Assembly: GCA_047495785.1 (NCBI GenBank)
Contig: JBLDXI010000013.1
Span: 4,278,001 to 4,342,000 of the forward strand
Origin: Lepidodermella squamata
Lineage: Eukaryota > Animalia > Gastrotricha
Direction: 5' to 3'
Length of the DNA: 64,000 nucleotides
Both the position numbers and the translations under genes were made by a program. This document shows positions 1 to 13,900 of the stretch, piece after piece; within the stretch, counting starts at the first letter, position 1; the number at the start of each line of letters is the position of its first letter. The notes beneath the pieces are model-generated. The model ran no database searches, was not told where the DNA came from, and worked only from the letters and a program-made list of their open reading frames with translations.

Positions 1-3000
1 TAAACATCAACATTAAAAACTGTTTTGCTCCTTGATTTTTCACTCAATTACCTTGTAAGCCTTTAGTTGTCTTGAACAGACGCAAAATTGATAAATTATA
101 TACCGCGGAGCACGCTTATCTTCCTCGTTCCTCGTCATCTATGTTCATCTCATATATTGAATAATTAACACAAAAGAAATATTGTAATATGATATCGACG
201 GCTTGCTTCGTTTTCTGAAAACCAGCGGAAATAGTGAAAAAATAATCGCGGCTGTTTTCACGCAAAAACACACTTAATTTTTTGTGTCGTTGAAGTACAT
301 CGCCGAGACGCGCTTGAATGTGCATGGAAGCGATCGCTATTGTAATTTAAATGTCTATGCTGTGGTTTTTCGCTTGATTCATGTCATGAATATTTCTTCT
401 CTCCTGGTCGTTGACACAACAAATAAAATTGGACATTAGCCTGAGTTGCGGTCGTCTGTTTTTTTTATTATTATTATAAACGAATCAAATCGAGCCGATG
501 AATAATCTGTTTTGTAGATTTTTCGGGCAAGGAAATCGCCGGCATGAAATAACTTTAATACGCCATTTATTCTTGGCTTTATCTCCCGTGGGCAAGCGAT
601 TAGGTACACATTTTTTCGCTTGAAATCGATTTTTACCCATTTGTATTATCACGCGAGTCACGCTTGCTGGAGGGCTTTTTCTCTTCTAGTTCAAAATGCC
701 CTCAACCATTATTTTATCGATCGGCCTGCGTTTACCACAGTTTTTTTCTCCAGTAGGTATCCGAGAGCGCGATTGTCGTATATTAGTGGGTAATATTATA
801 TGAACTGCGTGAGAATTACAAGGCTAAATATAGGAGCCAAAACACGTGAAGAGCAGCCGCAGCAGGGCGCGCCGCAATAAACCAAGCGAATGAATCGAGT
901 GACTGAGCCTACTACAACGGCGGCTTGATTTTTTGAACGAGTCTTTTTTTACACACTTGAGTCGGCTCTCGCTTTTAAAGATGCTGCTTACGCCTTGCGC
1001 CGTGCTTGAGTGATCTCTTATACGGCGCTAGTAAAAAGCTTACATTAGAATTCAGAGTGGCAACTCAGTTTCACGGTATCCTGCTTCATTGTCCTCACAC
1101 CTGTGAAAAACAGTACCTAATATTATCGCAGAAAATATTCCAGTAGGTATCAATATTTTTTCCAGATGTCCCTAAATTATTCTGCGGCTCGTTCATACTC
1201 AAGTTAAAAATCATCGGAAATGACGTCATCAATTATTTTTATTTCACAAAAAACCACATTCGGTTAGCATTCTCGTTAAAGGTGTGATTTTCTGAGCTAT
1301 GAGCGTTCAAGGTGAAAGAGAAATGAGATATTTGAAAATTTGATTACACCGTGTTATATAGGCAAGGTAATGTTTTTGAAATGCCACAATGCATCGCTTT
1401 GCCGTAATTCGTTGCGTCATTTTGGGGGTAAATACCGTGGAATTATCTGGTTGCCGGTTTCTTCCGGATGACGTAGGAATGGCAGTATTCAGGTGGCAGA
1501 TGTGTCAACAGAATAGCCGCGCCCACATTGAAAGTTATACAATTTAAATAGCAGCGTAGTAATAACAATTATTATATATTATACGAAAGACAGCAGGAAC
1601 GGAGTCATCATATCCATGAATACCGCGTAGAGCATTGCGCCCTAAATTCGGGCACTTATTGGATTTTCCCTACTTTGCCACCTAGGTTAATTTTTAGAAA
1701 AAATGGCAAAACTAAATTTATAGAAGAATTCTCGGGCTATCTATCGAATGCAAGTTCCCGCATATCCGGGCGATTTCACCTTGATTTATGGCTAATTTAG
1801 AAGTAAGCTGGACTCCTGAAGTGTGCTAGAGTTAGTAGTAGATAGCAGTAGATACTAGTAGATAATTTAGTATTAGAGGTAGTATTAGATTTTAGTAGTG
1901 AACTAGAATTAGGTTACGCCAATACCTTAAGTTTGATACCGTTAAATTCGTGGACTATCAACAATTTCAGTCAATAATTGCACCAGGAGACGTTTTTTAG
2001 CAGCTGTTTCATGTTTCACTCAGCAGTCGTGAATTTGAAACAACGCCGAGACAATTTTTCATTCCGGAACCTCGTAGGTGCCGCTGATGACGCGGCTCGG
2101 GTTCATCGAAGCTACAACGAATATCACCTTGTTCGTTTGGTAGTAGGTCCGCGAAAAATCCAGCAGCCTTTGCGGTCCGACAAAACTCCCAAGTTTAATA
2201 TGCGGTGGTGTGGCTTTGTTTTGCCGAGACGATTAGCTTTTTACAGCAAATCCGAGTACCGGACAATGCTAGGTACCATTATGCGATTGAAAATGCCGGC
2301 GCGTCGGTCTGCCTCGGAGATATAATGGTAGAACAGATGATTGCGATGCCAAATCGCTTCTGTAAATGCGAAAATTCAAAATAACAAAAATGATAAAAAT
2401 GCTAACTGACCGCAATTTCAGCACACAACGGCCACAACGGAGCAGTTACAAGCTAAAATAAACTTGGGCGGTATGGGGTCACAGCCAGGCGGAAAGTCGA
2501 CGTTTGCGCTACCGTCTACGCAGGAAAAAACTGCGCAACAGAAGGGGCATTTCGGCGGATCGTTGATAGGATCACCTAGATTGAAAAGTTTCAACACACA
2601 AGATCGGCATATCTCATCACTACCACATGTCCGCGGTTTTCACCTATCGTCAGAAGACGTCCGCAAAGTTCTTGCCCAACTTGGCATTTCTGATACACCT
2701 AAACCTAGCCAGCGCAGAGCCTTCCAATTATATTGATGCACGGGCTAAAATTATGCTGATCCCAGCGCTCTTCTCAGAGACACCGCGCTATTTTCTACCA
2801 GCCGCTAATTTTATTTCGCCCTTACATTGTTGTGTTATACATTTGTTAGTTGACGAGGCTACGTAATCGTGCCGAGAGCATCGTAATAGGCGATGGTGAT
2901 GATAATAAAAATAAATATGCCAACATCGCCGCAAAGTCTGAAAATTAAGAGAAGGCGCTTTGGAGCCATTACAACGCTGATTTTGAGAATGTTCGAAACT

Positions 3001-6000
3001 GGGCGAATCCAGTTATTTTTCTCAATATTCGGCGAAAATCAGCAAGGGCAGTGTTTATTCGGGGTTAGAAAATTATGTTTCTCGTTTGTGGAATTTTGCT
3101 TTGTCAGGTTCGCTTCACTCAATCTACACAGTAATCCGAAAGATTGTTATTATTTATGAAGAATACAGAAGACTTCTCCAACTTTAAATGAAACCTGATG
3201 CAATCCCTTCCCAAGCAACAAGATGGCATGTGTTACTGTCGTTTCCTCTCTTCATTGCCCATAATTAGGTTTAAATATGATGTGGTTTCATCTTTCTCCA
3301 TTCGTCTAGGGTCTAGAGCAACAGTAATTTTCATCTTAAGAATTGTCATTTTTCATCAAACGGATTTTCCGTGTTATTTTTCAGTCAACCAATATCTTTT
3401 CCACCTAGTTTTACCGGTCAATCAATCAGGATCAAGGCAAAACTCGTCTTTTCGAGCAAAGTAGCTAGGAATTGCCCGTCCGACTCAAGGTATACGTAGG
3501 GTAGGGCAGCTTGGCAGTGCTAATAGGATAAAGCAATGGAAACGCATAACTTCAGGACAGGTTCACATTCAGAACAGAAAAAAGTGAAGATAGAAATTCA
3601 AAATGAGTCTGCAAAAAAGTCTGCATTTTTTCGGTTTTTCGTTCCCAAACGCTGCATTTATTAAGCAGCTTTCTGCATTAATTTGGCATCGAAAACAATA
3701 TTTTTCCAAAATAAATAATTCTGAGCCATAATTTTATTTGACCTTCACAAATTTATGCCGCTAAAAATCTCTGACCGCGATACACGGCGCGCTGCGATGG
3801 CGAAGCGTGGCGCTCGCATGATTTCTGTTTCCTCTTGTCAACTTCGTTCAGTCCGATCGATTGATTGGGTTTCGTTTATTCATATTTTGTGAATTGCACC
3901 CTTTTTTGATACTCCAGTCGCGTGTGACAACTGCGTTTCCTGTGTCAGCTTTAAAGGTAAGACGTCGTTTATTGTTGTCAGGCACGACCCCTGCAAATCA
4001 GCACTCTGTTCCCAACTCAACCATAATTGGGCTCAATTTTTTCAATTTGCTACATAAATACTGATCGAAGCTTCTAGAAATCATTACTTGATGTGATTTT
4101 TGCGTTTTAATTAGTTACATTCTATTTTTCAGGTTTTCAATCGCACCTCTCATCATGCTTACAGCCGAATCCTTTGCCGCTGAAAGCATCAATTTTCTGA
4201 AAATTTCGTGCGATTACGGAATGGATTGGGAACAAGTAAACAGTGGCATTGAAACCAAATCGCCGAATCTATCTTGAGCCTTGAGCTGACCCAAATAATT
4301 CTTCTACTCAGCTGCAATGTCTTGGATAGCAACGTTCGGCGGATTCTTAGGCAAGATGACCCACTCTGCCTGGGATCATCCCGGGAATGGCTACGCTTTT
4401 TTACCAATGAGCTTCAACTCATGCGCCTTTGTTATTAAATAAGCCTTTTAACTAACGGGCTTTCGAAGTACCCGGATTCTGAGAGACCAATGCCAATCCG
4501 AACGGACTACCTTTCTAATAGCCAAGCTTATCAACTTTGAAATTAATTGACGGTATTTTACTCAAAATGAACATTAAAGGAACATTATTCACCCTTCATA
4601 GATTATTTTGATGCTTTAAATATTAACAACTTTGACGGGATTCTGAAAATCTATGACCAGCCCTATTAGAGATACCGCTTTCAATGCTGGTTCGGCTACG
4701 ATGCTGCTTGACTGTGTTGCTCCCAACGCCCTCCATAAAATCCGCTTTCGCCACGACCGTTTGCTCGAGCCGCCGCTGCTTATCGCTCTGTCCGTTCGCG
4801 CTTCTGCCCAGCGGACCAGGGCCGGTGGGGCTTTCGCCGATGGTGGTGGCGCGCAAGCCTGGGCTCGGAGTTACGGATAACATCAAGCTGAAGCTGAAGA
4901 CGCTGTCATCGTGCCTCACTGGGAAGATTGCGTGGCTGATTGACCGACGAAACTCTTTCCAAGAGCGCAGCATTCATTAGACATCAAGCTGTTCAGCTGC
5001 AGGTCGCTTAACCGTGCGCAGACGCCTTTCAACCTTCAACTCGCCGCACATCCAGCCTGTTCAGCAGCAACTACCAGCTCCAGCATATATTGCACGGCAA
5101 GCTTATTTGCCTTTTCGTGCAACCTCTGCAGCCTCCTCTAAGCCTCCGCAGTACGATCTACAAGCCGGAATCCCTCAGCATCAGAAGTATGCTCAGCCAG
5201 CCCATTGAATGATCTTAACGTCGTGGTCAGCGACGAGCAACTATTGCAGAGCTGGTTCAGGCTTAAATATGGCTCGTAAGCATCAATATTCACAATGCCA
5301 GATGTGCTCCAGATGCAGCCGAAAAGCATTTGACGGGCGCTCATCGAAAAATGACAATTTGACAAAAGTTGACGTGACTTTTTCAGCCACCAAGAAAGGT
5401 CTGGGGTCCGCGCATCTTCTATATATCGATAAGAATAACATGAAAGGATCTTTCTAGCTGATTTCACCAAAAATCAATGTAACGCGCCCTTTTAATGAGT
5501 TTATGACCTTATGGGCAGGTCCCCGGAGGGGGACTGCTGTTAGTCGGAAGACGAGAGTTTTCTGTGAAGAATGCGGCAGACTTCCCTCGATTTCCTTGTT
5601 AATCTTTTGAACATTTCTCTAACTTTTTTGGAATTCTTATTTTAATCAGATTTTTTTCTTTGAATATTCAAATGTATGCAAATTAGGTCTCGCCTAATTT
5701 GGAGGAGAGACGTCCTTCTGCTCGTGCAGGGTTTACCCTCATCGACAGATTTACTCTTTTCTCAGTGAGGATAATCACGCTGCGCTATCATTCGGTTAAA
5801 ATTAATCAGTGATTAGTGAATTCAGTGATAAATGACATGTGATTTTCGTATCTAATAAAGAGCAAGTAATATCGGAAGAAAGCTTCTCTACGACTTAGCT
5901 AACCTCTATTCAATACCTAGTTATCAGTAATTTTTAGTTTTGTATTCGAAAAACTATTATCAGAAGAACGTTTTTATATGATACCTAGAGCTAATTCATC

Positions 6001-6705
6001 TAAAGGTACGCATTCCGAGATCTAACCATAATACGCATCTAAAGAGAGCAGATGCATAATGCTGAGAGATGAAGCTACCCTGAGAGGTCTTCGCAAATGA
6101 ATTGACATCAGCCATCAGCCGCAATCCAATTAGTTTGTGTTACTTTTATTCCTCTTGAATACTCTTGAACTTCTAGATCTTCTCAGAAATTTACCGGCTG
6201 AATTCCTTGGAGATTAATCTATCGAGCGCAATTGTGCTTCCAATTTTTATTTTGAGTTTGCATATTTTTCGTTAGAAGAGTAATAGAACCGAGAGAAACG
6301 CGTGAGTTGAGGCCAACTGTCAATAAGCCCAGAAGTCTATATGCTTATCATTTATCATTATCCACGTTGAACGATCCTTACCAGAGCATTTAAGCTCAAG
6401 CACAGAAAGGCGCCATAAAAAGCACAGAGAGACATAAGTTTTGTTCTCTATGCTCTCAAGTTGCTCGTTTGCTAAATGAGTGTTGGCTTTGACCTTTGAC
6501 TCACTGGTATAGCTTCTCTAAAACGAAGAACAAATGCACTCGCTAACTCACAGTTACTCACAGATTGCGGAAAATGCACCCTGCCTTCCTGTGGCGCTGC
6601 ATGAAGTGGGTGTACATGCCATGTATGGTACGGGTGGTAGCGCCACAACTACGGAACAGGCAGAGGAGTTCTTCGGGATGTGTCCGAAAGAACGGAACCT
6701 TGCGC

Positions 6706-7706
6706 TCATCTCTTACTAGACCTTTTCTATATAAAACATAAAATTCAACATGACATCCGAACGCTTGAACAACACTAAGAAATATTTTACCTTAATGAGA
6801 AATGCGCTGAGTAACTACGAATCTACGAATCTACGAACACTTGGGATGACATTTATGCAATTGAACCCGATAAAACTGGATGAAGAATCCCAATGGGTAT
6901 AGCTTCGACATAATAATACTAAATGTTGATACCAATAAGATGTGAGGCAAGCCTTATGAAAAAAGCCCTTGTTTAAGCTGGAAATATAATTTTAAAAAGT
7001 AATTGCTCAAGAACATTTATTTGTGCATAGTCACCCCAAATGCGGCTTGTCTTAAATACGTCTCGGCTTGTCGGCTTGCAGCACGCATCTTGCAGCATCT
7101 TCAATCTTGAAGTTGCGATTAGCCGAAAATCCAATTCGGACTTCCGCAATTTGATCTCGGATGATACAAAGAATCATGCCAAGATACCAAGAATCTCACG
7201 ACCTTCTGAGGCAGGGTATATCGCACAGGACATACCCGCTGGAATTTCAGGAACGGCGGATAGACCACGCCGATACTCGCTGGTGTCATACAGTTAATAA
7301 CATGAAAAAGCTCATCGTCACGCTGATTGCAAGTCCTGAATGTCAAGCTACGCGGGGTAACTTGCTCAATGACACGAACACTTGACCGCTGCTGCACCCG
7401 AGAAGTCATGAGTCATATGAACGAAATTTGTTGAGGTCTACTTATATTTCAAGCTGGCTGATTAGTTGCCTCTCCAAGCGAGCCAGGTGAAAAGAGTGAA
7501 GACGGCAGTCCGTCAAACATCTGAAATTTAGACGAAAGAATGAAACATGGGATCTAACAAATCTAACACGCCGCGATGATCTTTGAGATTGTTAGCCTCA
7601 ATTTCTAACTGATTCCCGGTTACACAGGAGTCAGCCTTTGTCTCGTTGACGCATCTTTTCTACGTCAGTCATCTCTTACTAGACCTTTTCTATATAAAAC
7701 ATAAAA
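6706..7706. repeat. 38-bp perfect direct repeat (6706-6743 and 7669-7706) bracketing the hAT relic
   Basis: TCATCTCTTACTAGACCTTTTCTATATAAAACATAAAA occurs twice, 963 bp apart. Confidence 0.85.
7020..7330 (+). mobile_element. Degenerate hAT-family transposase relic
   Basis: Across frameshifts it reads CIVTPNAACL ... LQHASCSIFNLEV ... DHADTRWCHTVNNMKKL. This matches the order of hAT motifs VTDNA / C-x-x-H-x-LNL / D-x-x-TRW-x-S-T, but every motif is decayed. Confidence 0.45.
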
Positions 7707-8072
7707 CTCCTTTTTCCGCAAGACAACGCAAGACAATGGGACCTGCCCATTACGCCACGCTGCAAGCGCAGCGCAGCGGCGTAAGAAAATGCTTATGCTA
7801 CTGCGCCACGATCGTATCCGTCAAGGCTAAGAAAAACTGCAGCAATGAATAGCATCAAAATGATATTTAGCAAATAAGATAAATTATAGTCCATATGTAA
7901 TAATGAAGGCCAATATATTATTTAATTATCAGAAAATGCGTCCTTAGTTATCGTTGGGTGTAGCCTGCGGCTAATATGCCGTTTCACGCAATAAACCAAC
8001 AAACCAACATACCATGCAGGTTGTGCGTCCTCGCTTATAGCGGAAGCCATCGGCTGTCTCCCAATTTTCACT

Positions 8073-9987
8073 ATGTTCAGATCCGCTTCACGAGGAACCT
8101 CAGTCACGCCAACGCCACGCAAAGAATCCTTGTTTGACGTTAGTCTTTGATTTGCACACTATTTCATTCATTATTCAGCTGATCCTTTCTTTCCTAGCGG
8201 CTGAGACGTAAGGTATCAAGCAAAGCGGACGTCAAAGCTGTTGCTCGGTCAAATAATTTAGCTGGCAGCCAGCATCTTAGTAGAAGCACGGGAACTTTAG
8301 TACGAGTCGAAGATTTCGATGATCATCAAAGTGTCAACACGTCCTCTCTCGAATCTGATATTCAACAGTCAGCTGAGCCATGTTTACCTATTTTAATATA
8401 TTTGCATGTTCTTATTCCTCAGGCCTCAGCCTCAGCGAGTGTATCGAAGAGCTCAGCATTTCTCCACGCAAAATATAACTGAGGCAGTTCGCCTTACTCA
8501 GAGTGCACCGAAACCTTCCGTAAGATCCACTGATAGTACCGATAAAGAACGCAAACGGCGAGGTAATTGATTGTTCATTCGTCTCTCGTTATCTAATTGG
8601 CAAATGATAATTTCAGAGCTGGTATCGTTAATATCTTCACATGGCATAGCGATGCTGCAAAGTCTGGATGCAAATTTGAAGAAATTGGAAAAGGAAAACG
8701 AGCGACTGAAGAATGAAAACTCGTCTTTGAAGGAGGAATTACACCGCCCTACAGATTCCCGAACGGTGTGTTATCCGCATGTTATGTGATGAGCAACGGC
8801 AAATTTTATTGTGTTAAACAGAATGTGAGAACAACGACTTTTATTAGCGGCGAAAGCGGCATGCCCGAGAGCGTTTCTCAGATATATCTCTTGCAGCAAC
8901 AGCTTAACAAGAATGCTGCTCTTTTAGAGGAGAAGATCGAAGATTCAACTACACTTAGTGCTCAAGGTGCATTAAATTTGACCTCTGATTAATGTCAGCT
9001 TACCATTTGCTATTTCAGTCGCGCAATTGGTCGCGCAAAACAACGATATGCACAAGGAACTGGCAGCTGCCCTCGATAATCAGAAAACATCCCAAGATGA
9101 GATTACTTCGCTGAAAAGGCAGATTAAAGAGTTGCAGCGCACGAAAAAGATGGCTGCCGATGAAGAGGTATTCGTTCTTCAGAATAACTTGGCTGATTTG
9201 CAAAGGTTCAATCTCAATTTGTTCAATCTCGATATTCATTTAATCACATTAAATTTTAGGGAAAAAGAAAACTTGGAAAGGCAGTTGAACAGAGAGTTGA
9301 AAGAGTCTAAGGACGAAGTCTCCCGTCTAACAGCCGAGCTATCTAAAGCCAATGGGCTATTAAACGAATCTCGCCACGAATTTCGAGAACTCACGCTAAA
9401 ATACGAAGCTGTGGTGCTTCAACAGGCTGAATTGACAAGAAGCTGTAAAATTCAGAGTGCAGCTTATCAAGAACTCCAGAAACGAGTGGCCGAAATGGCT
9501 GATGATCAAATGACAAATGATAGCATTTTGCAGTAAGTTTTGAGTATTTCTTCTCTTATACATATGTGTATGTATAATTGAATTTATTATCAGAGCAACG
9601 ATTCAGATGGCTAAAAAAGCCGACAAAGAGAGGAAGCGAGTGTTCGATGTCGTCGAAAATACAGGGAAAGTTTACGAAACTTATTTCGCCGAATACGAAG
9701 CGGACTCTCAGGAATTACGGGCCAAGTTGAAATCGTGCCGAGCTCAAATGTTGCGCAATAAGAGCGTTTATGAAAAATTGCTCAAGGAAGAACGTGCCAA
9801 ACATGCCGATCGGCTCAGATCTAAAGATGACGAACTCGTCTACCTTCGTGCTCTTTTGGGCAACAGGGATTCCGATATCACGAAAGCTCACGGCAGGTAT
9901 ACAACTGCTACTGAACTCTTAGGAATGACTCTTCTCATGCAACAACAGTCGAAGCACTCGGGTCACTTATCTGACGGAATGTATTGA
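8073..9987 (+). CDS. Uncharacterised coiled-coil protein, 8 exons, about 507 aa
   Basis: Exons 8073-8138, 8198-8367, 8423-8562, 8617-8765, 8822-8966, 9019-9205, 9260-9532 and 9594-9987 are joined by 52-61 nt GT-AG introns with consistent phase. N-terminus MFRSASRGTSVTPTPRKESLFDRLRRK is followed by long E/K/L/Q heptad-rich segments. Confidence 0.75.
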
Positions 9988-10953
9988 AAATACGTTTTAT
10001 CGTTGAAGTATAATTCCGATGGTAACTCATTCTCACGCTTCTTGCTTGCGATTCCACGGTCGATCGGCTCATGCTCCACCTGTTAGAGTGCTTGAATTTA
10101 CACTTTTCATTTTCTACGATCTCTTAAATTAATAATTCGCATTCACAAATGTGTTGTTTGCTTTTGTTTGTGCCAGACGTATTGCTGATAATTTGTGCAA
10201 GCTTTGAAGCAATTTTCGCCAATTCCCGGGATGCAAATAAAAACGGTTTTGTTCGTTCAGCGACTTGATTTTATTTTGTTTCCTCTCATCCAAGTCAGAA
10301 TAGAAGCAATTTGAAGCCGTTTCTTCCCAGGTCAATAAACTCTCTGGACAACAAATACTTGGATATCGTAAGTAGCAATAGAAGAAGACGAAGAAGAGAA
10401 TGCACAAATGTGAATGAAGCAAAAAGGAGTTTTTAAAAGGCTTTTCCACTTTCAAGCTCGATCAATTATTCATAAATCGGAGCATTTTGCTTTCATGTAA
10501 ACAAATAAAGTAATTCATTTGTATAATAATAATAACAATAGTGATTTATTAACAATTTTCAATAATATAAATTACACAAATCAAAGAAGGAAGGCGAAGG
10601 ATTATCAGTTTTTCGAATTTTGAAGAAAGCGGCCAGTTTTGAATGAACAGCTGCTGCGCGATCACGCAACGTTTTCTTCGGTAACAAAAACAAACAAAGA
10701 AACCACGCCGAAAAGACTTGTGATGGCCACCATTTTCTCAGATTTTTACAAATCATCAGCATCAAGTACAAAAATTAGACAGAAGAAAGGAGTTCTCTGC
10801 ACCGCGTTCAGAATAAAAAGGATTGTTCAAGCTGATTGTAATTTCCCCATTTTTCCTTATCAATCGAGAGGTAGTTTGAGTAATATAATAATATTTCAAA
10901 TTTATAGAAGCGAAAGATTTCAAGTAGTAGTACCACGCCGTTTCAATTTTTTT

Positions 10954-13900
10954 TCAGTCGTCGACCACGGTTATTGCTTGGTCCTCGGGTGACTCTTCAC
11001 TCGTTCCGACGCTGGACGTATCCGCGCCGACCAACGCCTGACTCGCGTTCATCGCCGCCATGTGCTGCGAGGCGCAACTCGCCGCGGCCTGGCTCGCCCC
11101 GGCCGGCTGCCAAATCACCTTGTGAACGCGTTTCAAATGGCGTTTCAAGTTTTTCAACATCGTGAACGAATCGCCGCAGAGTTCGCACACGGATTGAGCG
11201 ATATTCACGTCGTGCTCCGAGCTTAGATGATGGAGCAGCTGCTTGTAATTTACCAGCTTGGAATCGCAGAGAGGGCACCAAAATTCAGCAGATTCCAGCT
11301 AAAAAAAAGAAAAATATTAATTAAAAATGTAAAAAATGAGGTAACATTTAATGAAATAATTTAGAAAAATTGTAGAATGAGGAGGAAAACTTAGTTACCA
11401 CCGTAACGCGAGGTAATTGTGAGCAATAAATAATAGATTTTCAGGAAATCGCTCAAGTGCTCAAGGTTCGGATTCGATTTGGGATTGGGACCCTTGATCA
11501 TCTCATTTTGCAAATAAAATTGGGCATGGATATTACTTATTATGGATATTCTTCTAATACCGAAAAAATGGATTTCAGTCATAAAATCAGGTAAAATCAG
11601 TTGATAATAATGCGACTACGAATTATTTTTCTTGAATTAAAAAACAAACCGTCCCTAATTTTTGTTCGAATTCGACCACATTTTCAAGGAAACTCCTCAG
11701 GGTATCAAATTCAAATACAACTTTCCAAATTTACGCGACAAATTAGTCGAAAAAACAGAATAATTCTCAAAATTGGCAGGAAAATCAGGAATCACCTTGC
11801 TCAACTCAGTTACAAATTTCAAATTTTGGAGAACATTTTTTTGGCAAAAGCAGATTTTTCACATTTAAAAAATAAGTTACCCATCGTTACGGTAGTACTG
11901 CAATATATTCTATGAGCGGAAATATAAAAGAAGTACTTACCCCATGGATAGTTCTCGCGTGTTTCTGCAGCGATTGCGCGTTCGCAAATTTGTTTTTACA
12001 GATAAAACAGCGCAAAAATTCACTCGGCTCGGCGAGAATCGGCCCAGCCGCCGGCTCCACATCCCCACCGCCCGTCTCATCCGCCTCGCCGTCGCCAATC
12101 ACCGCAACCTGCCTCGACTTGGCCGCTAAGCACTGCCGCTGGTGGTTCGCCAGCGAGCGAACAGTCGGAAACGACCTCTGGCATACATTGCACGCAAAAG
12201 TCTGCGCGGCCGCTAGATTCGCAATCGAATTCTGCAAAGCCGCTGTAGCCGCTTTTGTCTGAGCTGTACCCGGCACCGGCTGCGATGAATGGTCATCCCG
12301 TTCCAGGTCGTGCTGGTACAAGTGATGCGTCAACTCAGCCGGCCATAGAAACGTGCGATTGCACTCCGTACACAAGCACGTCGAGGAACACGTCGCCGTA
12401 TTCGAGCCATGAACCGACCGGACATGTTCGTCCAACGAACTGGCCGAGTCGAAAACGACAATATCACCCGTTTCTTCCTCGTCTTGTTCGGTGCAAATCG
12501 GGCAGTGATAGTTGCCATCCGGGAAGCTGTGCTCAATCAAATGCAGGGTTAACAAATCCTCAGATTGGCACAACGTATCGCATAACGAGCACTGCAAATT
12601 AACCGGAGTTGGTAGGACAAAGTTGTTGGTTTGTTTCGCCTGGATCGATTTCTGCTGTTGACTTCGCGTTTGAATACTCGAGCTCGGTTTCGGTTGACTT
12701 GACTTCGCCGCTGTTTTTTGGCTATGGTACTTCGAATTGTGCCATTTCAAGTTATCAACCGTGTCAAAAACCGCGTTGCATAGGTTACACCGCCTTGATT
12801 CAGCGTCAACCTCGTAGCAATCCGAACAGCAGTACGCTAAATCGTTCGAATTCGGGAGACGGACAGATCGAGCCGCGGCTAAATCCGGCAGCGGGCAGTC
12901 GCAAACTACGCAACTCATCGCCTCAGGGAAGTGAGCTCGAGCGGCATGGGCGGTTAAATCGGCCGAATCTCGCAGGTATTCGTTACACAAACAGCAGGCG
13001 AAGTACGATCGATTCAAATTCGACGACCCTTTATGGCTGGTTTCGACATGCTTCACGTAGTCACTTAACGACGTGATATTCACGCGGCATAACGGGCATC
13101 GCATTGAGGCGGCTGAGTCGCTGGAAGACCCTGCCCCGTGCTCCTTAACCCGATGTTGGGCTAACAACGGCAGATCGGCCAAGACTTTATCGCATAAATT
13201 GCATGCAAATTTCGAAGATTCAGCCTCATCCAGCTCGTTAGCGAGGGCTGAAACTGGTTCGGCGCCATTTTCCGGCGCGGCATTTGCCCGAACTGCATTC
13301 ATTAGATGCTCCTCGAACGTATGCATTTCCAACGCGTATTGCGACTCGAAGGTAGCCGAGCACTGCTGGCATTGAATCAAGCCGCTGTTGGCAAGTTTCG
13401 TCCCGGTTATAACTGGTTTGACGACGGGTTGTTTCCGCGCCGCATTTCCTCCACCAGCGACTAGTTTAGCACTGACAACATTTGAGGTGGATTTCAATAG
13501 GTCTTCCGGGTGTTTTTCAACCATATGCTTCTCTAAATCGATCGCAACTGCGAATGAATCGTAGCAGAACGAGCACGGGAAAGCGGCTGATGTTGAGCTC
13601 GCCCGGGTATTCACCGGCTGAAGGCCATGCGCGTACAAATTATGCTCGGAAAACACACTCGCCGATCGATACACATCCGGGCAAATGTCGCAAACGTAGT
13701 AAGTCTCCTCCGCGAAGATGAAAGATTTAGTTTGATGGTCAAAGTGGTGGAATTGAATCAAATGCTGCTTCATAGCTAGCCGGCCGCGGAAGGTCCGCGA
13801 ACAAGCTAGGCATTGAATGACAGAATCGCTTTGATAGGCCGTCGGGTGGTGGTGCGGCTTGCTGCCTGGGTTTTGAAGTAAATTCTGAAGAAATTGTTGG

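Noticed and set aside
52-325. Possible first exon of a minus-strand gene leaving the window (ATG at 138, donor at 51)
   Set aside because: No recognisable homology and no downstream exon in view.
1970-2870. Coding-looking ORFs with nearby TTTCAG acceptors
   Set aside because: I could not build a phase-consistent model or recognise a domain.
4130-5470. GC-richer block with broken ORFs, possibly a gag-like or pseudogene relic
   Set aside because: Multiple stops and frameshifts with no diagnostic motif.
10129-10455. 108-aa minus-strand ORF between two convergent 3-prime ends
   Set aside because: No motif; probably 3-prime UTR sequence.
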